62,520 bases of DNA from a virus (lineage: Duplodnaviria > Caudoviricetes). Shown here piece by piece: positions 28,001-37,400 of the stretch (the stretch's first letter is position 1; each line of letters opens with the position of its first letter). Where the stretch lies: positions 1 through 62,520 of IMG/VR virus record IMGVR_UViG_3300042861_000978. The stretch is one strand, 5' to 3'. The notes below the pieces were generated by a model. It worked only from the letters and a program-made list of their open reading frames with translations, did not search any database and was not told the DNA's origin. The translations under genes and the position numbers were made by a program.

Positions 28001-31000
28001 TTAATTGTATTTGCTCAACCATCCGCTACCTGGTTGTGGTTTGTTATAGTTTGTAAAATTAGTTAATTGATCTAGTTTAACCAAAGGTCTGGCATCTAAA
28101 TTATTAATACCATTTTTAGCCATTGGGTATTCTGTAACTTTCTTTCCTTTGAATTTATAGTTTTTATTTGGAAGCATAAGTTTTGTATCTCCTGTGTCTG
28201 ATATACCAAGAACAGGATAAGGAACTCCTTGCATTGTTATTTGGTTAGAACCTATTTCTGTTATCTCTCCTGGATGTGCCCATTGTCCTCTATCATCTTT
28301 GATAATTCCTCCTTGTTTCTTTTTATCATTTGAAACTTTATTAATAATAGGTTTAATAGGTATTATTGGATTACCAAAAGGAGTAGAATCACCTTTAGTT
28401 TCAAAAATACTGTTCGCTATTTCTTGAGCTACACTTAATTTAATTCCATATCTTAAAGCCTGTTCAGCAATGTTCTGAGCATCTGCTAAATGAGGATTTA
28501 ATGCTATCTTTTGTGCAAAAGTTCTTTCAGCAGGATTTAATACTGCATTTAATGGTATTTCTTTATATGCTCCTGTAAATGGTAATCTTCTAAATACAGA
28601 TGTTGCCCCTTCTTCTAAAGGTATTTCATCCCAACTTGATTGATATCCTCTTTGTAAATCTCCTGTACTTTTATTATGCATAGATAAAGATTCTAACCCT
28701 CCTTTTGTTTTATTACCAAATTTATCAAATGATTTTACATTTTTATTAAACCTTGGTGATACTTTTTTAGGATCTACACCTACAGCAAATGTACCATTAT
28801 ATCCTTCCCACGTAGTTTTAGGACTAAAATAAGGTGCAGAATATCCTGGACTAGTAATTGCTTCATTTTCTATTAAAGATTTTATTCCTTTGGAGTTTCC
28901 TATTTTTCTAAGAAAAGGTTTATTAAAATCATCTCCAAATAAAGTTAATGGATTTAAAGTATATATAGAACCAAAATTATTTTCCTTTATAGGTTGATCA
29001 GTATAATTTCCTTCAAAGTATTTTATTGGAGAATAATTTGATGTAGGAACATCTATAATATTGCCTTTAGGATCAAAAAATTTAGTATTTTCTAATTCTT
29101 TCTGTGCTCTATATTCTGGACCCATTATATTTCTAAATACTTCTTCTTCTCTACTTATAATAGGTTCACCTATACGTGATATATATGGTTCAAGTTCCTT
29201 TACTAAAGGTGCATCAGGCAAAACTCTTTTTGCCATATACCTTTCAGTGTTCTGAATAGCTAAATTATTAAGCTCATTATTTAATCCAGTGAATATTTTA
29301 CCTTCTGCATTTATATTTCTTAAATTAGATAATTTTGCAAGAGCATTTTCTTTAGTTAATACTCCTGCACCTATTAAGTTTGCAGGATCAGTAACAGCAT
29401 CAATTGCAAAAGCTGCATAAGGATTTTCAACATCCATTGCTTCAGATGGTCTTTGCATATTATAATACTCATTGTTCCAATTACCTGAAAACAATTTTGT
29501 AGCAGCAAGTTGTGGAAGACTTGTAATAGCAGAAATAGGTGTACCAATAATTGCACCTAATGGTCCAGCATCTTTATTCTCATCAACAATTTTATCTCTG
29601 TATTGTTCCCAAAATCCTCTTGGTTTTCTATAATTATTTTGTATTACCACTTCATCAAGAGCTATTGGAGAACGTACACCTTCATCTGTAACTACCTCTC
29701 CTTTGTTATATGCTTCTGTATATTCAGGTGTACCATATTCAACTTGATCTCCTGTAGTGTAACCATTTTGTGCTACATCATATTTATTCAACCATGCTCC
29801 ATCTCTACTAATACTTTTTGGTTTAAAGTCTAATCCATTTTGGTAGTATTGCATCTCCTGTCCATTCTGTGCACTAGGAAGAGTTTTTTTAGCATAAGGA
29901 CCTTCTGAAGGAATTCCTTTAGTTCTAGCATATGTAAATCCTACAGCTCCTGGAATAGATCCTCCTGTTTGAAACTGTCCTCCCCATGCAGGAGAATAAT
30001 TTCTTCCTACATTAGAGAATCCTTCTCCTATCATATCTGGAGAAGCTGTAGCTTTTGAATCATTATAATTAGCTTGTGTTCCATAATTATCTAACCATCC
30101 ACCATTTTTTAAAATTCCTCCATTAGCAAAATCTTCTGGAACATAATTAGGATTAGGTTTAGGAAGTCCTTCTTTCATTTGTTTTTTAGAAAGTTTAAAT
30201 GCTTCTTCAGCTTTTTTTAACTCTTCTCTAGCATTTTGTCTTGCTTCTTTACCTGGAGTTCCTCTCCATGTTTTTTGAAACATTTTATATGCTCTTTTAG
30301 CTTCACTAGGATTAATTTCGTTATCATCACCATAAAATCCAACAGCTCTTTTAAATACTTCTTCAGGATTTTGAAAATTTTTGTAGGTTTCATTTTGTCT
30401 TTGCATCATCTCTTCAGTTCTTCTCATTTTTCTGATAAGATCCATTGTATCATCTACCTTTTTTTCAACTTCATTATCAGTTAGTTTTAGATCTTCTTTA
30501 TAATAATTGGTAATATCATTTTTTGCAGCATTATATCTTTCTGCTCTATTTGACCCAATAGGTAAAAGATAACCTTCTTCAATAACATCTTTCCCAGGAA
30601 TATCGATTATATTTACTTTTTCATCGTATTTTTTATTATGTATTCCTTGAGAAGCATTTAGTATAAATGGATCAAATAAAAATCTAGAAACATTCCATGG
30701 ACTATCAGGAACTTCTTTTTGTTGAACTGTAGATAATTCTGATGGAAAATAACCATATCCTGTATTAGGATCTATTCTCATGTTTTTATTTTCACCTACA
30801 CCATATTCATTTGCATGTCCATATAATCTTTTATACTGTGATTTTGGTGGTTCACTTATTTGTTCTCCTTCTTGTGCTTTAGAAATATTATTATAATCAT
30901 TTAACCATCCCCCATTCTTCATGTTGTTAGAATTATCTCTTCCACACTGATGACATATGTACATATCTTTTTTGCTAGAATCAGATTTGTTCCAGCTCCA

Positions 31001-31030
31001 TCCACATGTGCAATTTACTTTTCCTTTCAT
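28001..31030 (-). CDS. Probable virion cargo protein, 1009 aa, mosaic, with N-terminal Zn-ribbon-like motif and repeated G-x-W-L-x-x-Y motifs
   Basis: CTC..CHQC at the N-terminus; four GxWLxxY copies; compact C-terminal domain GQWAHPG..ITMQGVPYPVLG..VTEYPM. Confidence 0.6.
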   Translation of the reverse strand: MKGKVNCTCGWSWNKSDSSKKDMYICHQCGRDNSNNMKNGGWLNDYNNISKAQEGEQISEPPKSQYKRLYGHANEYGVGENKNMRIDPNTGYGYFPSELSTVQQKEVPDSPWNVSRFLFDPFILNASQGIHNKKYDEKVNIIDIPGKDVIEEGYLLPIGSNRAERYNAAKNDITNYYKEDLKLTDNEVEKKVDDTMDLIRKMRRTEEMMQRQNETYKNFQNPEEVFKRAVGFYGDDNEINPSEAKRAYKMFQKTWRGTPGKEARQNAREELKKAEEAFKLSKKQMKEGLPKPNPNYVPEDFANGGILKNGGWLDNYGTQANYNDSKATASPDMIGEGFSNVGRNYSPAWGGQFQTGGSIPGAVGFTYARTKGIPSEGPYAKKTLPSAQNGQEMQYYQNGLDFKPKSISRDGAWLNKYDVAQNGYTTGDQVEYGTPEYTEAYNKGEVVTDEGVRSPIALDEVVIQNNYRKPRGFWEQYRDKIVDENKDAGPLGAIIGTPISAITSLPQLAATKLFSGNWNNEYYNMQRPSEAMDVENPYAAFAIDAVTDPANLIGAGVLTKENALAKLSNLRNINAEGKIFTGLNNELNNLAIQNTERYMAKRVLPDAPLVKELEPYISRIGEPIISREEEVFRNIMGPEYRAQKELENTKFFDPKGNIIDVPTSNYSPIKYFEGNYTDQPIKENNFGSIYTLNPLTLFGDDFNKPFLRKIGNSKGIKSLIENEAITSPGYSAPYFSPKTTWEGYNGTFAVGVDPKKVSPRFNKNVKSFDKFGNKTKGGLESLSMHNKSTGDLQRGYQSSWDEIPLEEGATSVFRRLPFTGAYKEIPLNAVLNPAERTFAQKIALNPHLADAQNIAEQALRYGIKLSVAQEIANSIFETKGDSTPFGNPIIPIKPIINKVSNDKKKQGGIIKDDRGQWAHPGEITEIGSNQITMQGVPYPVLGISDTGDTKLMLPNKNYKFKGKKVTEYPMAKNGINNLDARPLVKLDQLTNFTNYNKPQPGSGWLSKYN

Positions 31031-31031
31031 A

Positions 31032-32006
31032 TTATTTGTAAGAGATTTGTGAATACTCTAATTTATAAATTCCTTTATATACTCTATTATTAGTTAAATA
31101 ACATGTTATAGAGTTATAAGGAATATCCATTTCTTTAGAACATAAAATTAATTTATTAAAAAATTTTATTTCTTTTGTAATAATGTTTGTAACTTTTAAA
31201 ATTTTTGTTATCTTTTTTTCTTTTATAATAGGTCTAGGCTTTAGAGAGTATAAAGAATTTAATTTTTTTACCTTGTCAGAAATTTTTATTTTTAATTCTA
31301 TAGTTTTATTTAATTTATCTTTCCATATAAATCCACAAGAAGAGTTTACTTTTTCTTTTACACAATTTCTTATAGATGTAGGATGCACATTAAAAAATTT
31401 TGCAGCAATTACTGCGGATTCCCACTCTTTAATAAAATTACCTTTCATGTCATACTGCAATATTATTTTAGAATTATTTAATATTTGTCCTTTTTGTAAT
31501 TTAATTAAATGTTCTAGTGATGGTTTCTTACCTTTATGTGAATTAGAGATTTTAGTTTTAGTTTCTTCACTATGTATATATCCTTTTCTTGATTCATTTC
31601 TTTTTTGTATTTGAGACTTAGATTGTTTTTTACCAGTCATAGCTTTTCTATGTTTCTCAATTTGTTCTTTAGATTTTATTATACCTGCTGTTCCTTCTCC
31701 ACCATCAGTTAAATTTGATAAAATACCTGTTTTAGTATTTATTCTTCCATAAAGTTTTATAAATTCTATTTCTTTTTCTTTAATAAAATTATAATTATCT
31801 GATTCAAAAAGAATTTCTACCTCATATACAGTTTTATTAACTATTTTATTCCAAATATAAGATTCCTTTCTATTTATTTCATAAGCTCTTCTATATTCTG
31901 ATTTAACACTATTATGTGTTCTAGGTTGTTTAGTACCTATACCAATATAAAAGGGCTCATTCTTATCAAGTCTAATATGTCTATAAAGATAATATTTATT
32001 TTCCAT
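31032..32006 (-). CDS. Free-standing homing endonuclease, GIY-YIG-like with NUMOD3 and NUMOD1 DNA-binding repeats
   Basis: YYLYRH..PFYIGIG..RAY..EIEFI..NLTDGGEG; HSEETKTKISNSHKGK; ILQYDMKGNFIKEWESAVIAAK; very AT- and Lys-rich. Confidence 0.85.
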   Translation of the reverse strand: MENKYYLYRHIRLDKNEPFYIGIGTKQPRTHNSVKSEYRRAYEINRKESYIWNKIVNKTVYEVEILFESDNYNFIKEKEIEFIKLYGRINTKTGILSNLTDGGEGTAGIIKSKEQIEKHRKAMTGKKQSKSQIQKRNESRKGYIHSEETKTKISNSHKGKKPSLEHLIKLQKGQILNNSKIILQYDMKGNFIKEWESAVIAAKFFNVHPTSIRNCVKEKVNSSCGFIWKDKLNKTIELKIKISDKVKKLNSLYSLKPRPIIKEKKITKILKVTNIITKEIKFFNKLILCSKEMDIPYNSITCYLTNNRVYKGIYKLEYSQISYK

Positions 32007-32011
32007 GTTTG

Positions 32012-32878
32012 TTATTTATAAGAAAGCATTGCACTGGCGGTGAGGAATTGGCTCACTAGGTGTGTTGTACAATTGTCTTTTAATATATGTCTTATTTTTA
32101 ATTCTTTAGCTCTTATTGTAGCTTTTTTAAATGAGCGAGAAGAATAATCCATATTCTCTTGGTTAATCACTTTATCTATAGAAAGAGATTCACATGATGT
32201 ATTAAACATAGGAATGTAAGGATTTTTCTGTAATGCCCAGAAAGTATTATACTGATAGAAATTATCTGATTTAGTATATGTGATTGTTTTACTATCTGTA
32301 TTGTATATAGGATATTTATTATATGCTTGTAAGTTATTTTTTGGTTTAGGAACAAGTTCTAATAATCCAGAGCTTTGTTGTCCATTATAAAGAATAGCAT
32401 GTGTAAACCATTTATCATCCACTTCTATTCTTGTGTTATCATTAAATACACCATCAGGAATAGGGAGATATTCATATGCTTTTGTATAGTCTTTTACATT
32501 CTGTAAGATTTCATCTTGGTATTGATATGCAAAAGGGTATTCAATTATGTATGGTTCTATATTTCCATAATAAGAATTATACAATTGAATGTTGGTGAGG
32601 TGTCTCCATAAACAAGCTGTAGAAGATTGTGTGTATGTAGCTTCTTGATATTGATATATACTAATTACTTCTAAAGGAAACATTTTTTTAATCTTACATT
32701 TTCCTGTAGACTCTAAAACTATAAAATTTACATTATCATCTACAGTATAATTTACTCCTTGTATTAAAGATTTTTTAGAAACATTAGTTGCTAATACATC
32801 TCCATATTCTGTAGATATAGTAAATGAGCCAGCAATAGATCCAGCTTTTGTTAATTTTATGGTTGCAACTTTTGGCAT
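32012..32878 (-). CDS. Tail muzzle/stabilisation protein, C-terminal fragment, with N-terminal Ig-like module
   Basis: LWRH..YNSYYG..PYIIEY..FTHAILYNGQQSSG resembles the C-terminal part of crAss-like muzzle proteins; first ~70 aa resemble the N-terminus of 43185-43760. Confidence 0.6.
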   Translation of the reverse strand: MPKVATIKLTKAGSIAGSFTISTEYGDVLATNVSKKSLIQGVNYTVDDNVNFIVLESTGKCKIKKMFPLEVISIYQYQEATYTQSSTACLWRHLTNIQLYNSYYGNIEPYIIEYPFAYQYQDEILQNVKDYTKAYEYLPIPDGVFNDNTRIEVDDKWFTHAILYNGQQSSGLLELVPKPKNNLQAYNKYPIYNTDSKTITYTKSDNFYQYNTFWALQKNPYIPMFNTSCESLSIDKVINQENMDYSSRSFKKATIRAKELKIRHILKDNCTTHLVSQFLTASAMLSYK

Positions 32879-32882
32879 AGTA

Positions 32883-34439
32883 TTAAAGAGTTGTTGTAGT
32901 AGTAGTTGTTGGAGCTATAGTGGTGGTGGTGGTAGTTGTTGAGGAGCTAGTAGTTGTTGTTGTAGTGGGCTCTAGATTATTAGGAACACAACTATTAGGT
33001 TGTGTAGCTGCAACAACTGGTATTCCTATAGTTGCTACTTCTGTAATATCATATGGACTCTCTCTTCTAATGTTATATGTTATATTGTTATCATCTACAA
33101 AGAATATTGCACAATCGCACTCAAACATAGATGTTACAATAGTAGAACCTATATTAATATTTAATTCAAGTGTGGTGGTAGCATAATCATATTGAGATAT
33201 GTATGTATCACCAGATATTAAGTCTTGATTAGCAAATATTAATTTGCCTTCAAAGGTATATAATAAATTTGAAATTATTGTTATATCTGGTATTGAAAGT
33301 ATTAATGTACTAACTCCTATTGGATCTGTTATATCCATCTCTACAATATCAACACTAGTAGGAGCATTTGCATTATCTACACAAATCAATACATCATTAT
33401 TTAAAGCAGTAATTGGTCCTGGTACATACCCCATTGGGAAAGCTATTTCTCTGTTGTATGTAGCAGTAAAAGGATTTAATGTTATATCCCATTGTCTAAA
33501 TTCAGTATTATCTATACTCCATAAAAATTCAGGTGTCATTGCTAAACCATTTGCAGCCATAAAGTTTGGAGTATTTAATATTGATGTTGTATATCCTGAT
33601 AGTGTATCTAATAAGTACATACCATCAGTTGATAGTATTACAACACCACAACACTCAGGAATAAATATTGTAGTAGTAGTTGTAGTAGTAGTTCCACAAT
33701 CACAAGTTAGAATCTCAGTAATTACACCATTTACTACATGGTAGGCAGTACTATTAACTAAACTATTTTCATCATAATACCAACCATCTGCAACTAAAGA
33801 GCAATCTGTTAGATAATCAGTATTATATAATATCTGTCCTACAAATAAAGAAAGTGAAGTGACAGACATAGCAGAAAAACTTGTAAGAGTTTTTTCTACT
33901 CGAGATTGTATAACAGAAAATGATTCACATAATAACTCAAATGATGTAGAAGTGTTTACAGGAAGTTCTCCTGTTATTTCATATCCACTATATAATGTAT
34001 AAGAAACTAACCAAGAAGGTCTTTGACAAATTGTAGTTGTTGTAGTTGGTGGAACAGTAATTACTCCTGTACCAACTAAATTACAATCTACATCATATGC
34101 TGTTCCAACTAATGTACAATCTGTTGTAAATATAGTGGTAGATGTTGTTGTAGTGCTTGGAGGAATAGGAGCTGCTGTTGTAGTAGTAGTAATAGTTCTA
34201 TCAAGTCTACCAACTAATGCTAAGAAATCAGCCTCTACATCATTACAACAGTTATTTAAACCAGAGTAGAAGAAGTTGTTTTCTCCTATATACCAATTAG
34301 GAATGTAACTATGAAAAGAAGTCCATCTCTTTGTATTCATATTAAAAGATACAGTCCAAGACTTATTACAGAAAAATTCTGGATCTGTTAAACTAATAGG
34401 AGTTCTTGTTACAATTTTTATTTTTCCTTCTTGTTCCAT
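32883..34439 (-). CDS. Tail muzzle middle fragment fused to Thr-linked Cys-rich and beta-propeller-like modules
   Basis: N-terminal FCNKSWTVSF..WTSFHSYIPNWY continues the muzzle sequence; four poly-Thr tracts. Confidence 0.6.
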   Translation of the reverse strand: MEQEGKIKIVTRTPISLTDPEFFCNKSWTVSFNMNTKRWTSFHSYIPNWYIGENNFFYSGLNNCCNDVEADFLALVGRLDRTITTTTTAAPIPPSTTTTSTTIFTTDCTLVGTAYDVDCNLVGTGVITVPPTTTTTICQRPSWLVSYTLYSGYEITGELPVNTSTSFELLCESFSVIQSRVEKTLTSFSAMSVTSLSLFVGQILYNTDYLTDCSLVADGWYYDENSLVNSTAYHVVNGVITEILTCDCGTTTTTTTTIFIPECCGVVILSTDGMYLLDTLSGYTTSILNTPNFMAANGLAMTPEFLWSIDNTEFRQWDITLNPFTATYNREIAFPMGYVPGPITALNNDVLICVDNANAPTSVDIVEMDITDPIGVSTLILSIPDITIISNLLYTFEGKLIFANQDLISGDTYISQYDYATTTLELNINIGSTIVTSMFECDCAIFFVDDNNITYNIRRESPYDITEVATIGIPVVAATQPNSCVPNNLEPTTTTTTSSSTTTTTTTIAPTTTTTTTL

Positions 34440-34441
34440 GA

Positions 34442-37400
34442 TTAATCTTTTATAAGTCTAATTGCAAAACCTCTAGTTTTTTTAGTGGTTGATCCAGGAA
34501 GACCACCTCCAAGTGTGTATGTATAATAAGACCATGCATTTGTACTAGATGATGGTGTAGTTGACCACCAATTACCATAATCTCCTTCCCAATCAAAGCT
34601 ACCTGTTTCATCTCTAGTACCACTAGGAAGAGCTGTAAATCCATATAAATTTGTAGCATATGTATTTGGACTATTCCAATTTGTTAGCCCAACTTCTTTT
34701 AATTTACCTCCAGGATTTGAAGATAAAAATGTTGCTAATGTATCCCACTCTGCTTTACTTGGAATATGATATCCTACTGGAGCAAGTCCTCTAGGATCAG
34801 TAACTGCATACCAGTTATACAGCTTTCCATAGCAATTATCATCTGCATTATTGTAGTAACACCAAGCACCAGTAGTAAGATTGGCCCATTGAGTTGGATC
34901 TGTTACCTGAGGTATTGGTGTTCCATCTCTATAAGTGGATACATCAAGGTTACAAGCTGTCCAAATTTGTGTTCCTATCTCTACTTCTTCTAACGTACAA
35001 CAGTTTGTAGTAGTGGTAGTTGTTGTTGGTGGGCATATAACATCCTCACATAAATCTTCATAAGAAGAGCCTAATATATTATTATCAGCAACAGTATTAG
35101 TACATCCCAAAAATTCATTTATTTGTATTTTAAATCCATTTAAATAATAGTATTTATTTACTAATAAAGGTTCAGAGTTAGTTATAGTTGCTGGTCCAGA
35201 TATTGTACAAGTCTCACAATAAATCCAATCTATTGAATATCCCCAAGATGTACAAACTGTAGTAGAGGTTGTAGTAGTAGAAGAAGTAGATGTTGTTGTT
35301 GTAGCTGCATCAATATAAGTTACTGTTTCTATATAGTATTCATTTTTATCAGCATCATATTTTACATCTGGATCAATAGGAATGTAATCAAGTTTAGTGA
35401 TAATAACTCTATCAAACTTGCTATCATATACACCATGTAGTCCTACACCTGTAAAATTATTATCAGTTGGGACTTCTGGAAAATATCTAAGTATTTCAAA
35501 AGCTAAATGGTCTGTAAAGAATCTATTCATTCCTGAACCAAATGCTGAAAGATCAGCAGCTTGTGTTCCTTCAATAAGAAATACTTGCCCTCTTTTAGCA
35601 TCAACTGTTATTTGTCCTTGAGGAATCTTTAATAAAAATTTATTTTGACTTCCTACATATCCAAGATCAGTTTCTGCAAAATCAATTGGAGGAGCTCCTT
35701 TAAATAAAGAAGGATTACCAAAATATGCTGCTTGTGGATTACTTGTATCTACTGTTAATAGATTATTATATAATAATGATTTGTTTTCAAATCTAGCTAA
35801 TACAGCTTTGTTTTGAATACCATCTAGAGATATTAATCTACCATAGTTTTGAGGAAAATCAAAAAATGACAATGGTTTATACACTAACCAATTATTAATT
35901 CTATTATCTGCATTTTGATTTTGTAGTTCTGAGTATATAGCTCTAAAAGGATAGTTAGTTAAGCAAACATCATCTTTAAAATCATCTGGTAAATGTGTAA
36001 ATGTATTTTCTGTATTTTGTTTTGAAAATGTTGTGTTGTATGTATATGTATTATCATTAGCTATAGAAACATAACTTTCTTGTACCCAATCATCAGGAAT
36101 TCCTGTAGATACATGTGGCCAAAAATCTCCTTCTTTATTATTAAATGCTTGTCTTAAATCTACATTATATGATGTCTCACAGTAAAAATTAGGAATTCCA
36201 TATGCAAACAAATAAAAATATCCATCATAATACGTTCTAAATGTTCCTGGTATACCTGTTACACCTTGTTTTATTTGAGATGGATCATTAGGACAATCAA
36301 AGTTGTGAGCTTTATATGAAATAATATTTAACATAGGAGGCGCACTATTATAATTCTCTAAAATAGATCTTGCAGAATGCCAATACTTTGGGTAAGATAC
36401 ATTACCTAATTCATCATAAAATATATCTGAATCATCAGGGGCATTAACTCTATTATCAATAAAAAAAGGTAATTTAGTTTTAAAAGCAAAGCGTGATATA
36501 AATGTATCCCCTCCAAAAACTGTAGCAATTTCAGGATTGTTTTTAAAATTAATTCTTTGAAAACCTGTGTCAATTGTTTTGTAAGTATATATTTGTCCCC
36601 ATTGATTTGGTATAACATTTTTTAAAGAAGCATAATATGAAACAACTTGAATAGGTTGTTCTTCTGCAGGACTAGCACATCTATCACTTAAAGAAATTGT
36701 AGTTCTAGATTTATCTACAACAATAGGATTTCCTGTAGAGGAACTAATCATATCTGGAACCTGACTAGGAAATTCTAAAGCAGTTACTGGTATTAAGTTA
36801 TCTTTAACTTCTCTATTTTCTATTGTTTTAATAAATACAGAAGACTCTCTTTGGAAATTATTAATGTTTTTATCATCTCCTACATTCTGAACTCCTGGAA
36901 TTAAATATGTTGCTATATCAACTTCTCTTTGTTTTATTCCTAAATTATTATCAATATCAGCTTTATAATTATAATCTGCTATTGAGTTATATGAATAAGC
37001 ATAATTCTTTCTTGTAATACCATTTACATAAATAGTTAAGTATGCTTGATAAGCTGTAAACCTTGCAGTAATATCATTAGGAGCTATATCAAAAGAACTT
37101 TTTAACGCATCCACTTGAGCTTCTTTGGAAAGAAGTCTATATTTAGCATTATTTCTAACTTGTACAAAATGATCACGTCCTTGTCCATATATAACATTTT
37201 CAAGTTTTAAAACATTACCAAGAAAAGGCTGACCAAAAGAAGTTTCAGGAGAGTTAAAAACTTGTCTATATTTTGTTTCTTCATTAGCATTTGCTTTTAA
37301 TGGAGAATATTTTCCACAAGATAATGTTGATCTTCTACCTTTATTTTCACTTGAAGGAAGTTGGTTAAGTGCACAAAGTTCAAATTGATTTACAGAAAAT

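Noticed and set aside
27999-28022. ORF-track start at 28022 for the 1343-aa protein
   Set aside because: It overlaps the upstream gene's end; ATG 27998, just after the upstream stop, fits the operon's coupling pattern better.
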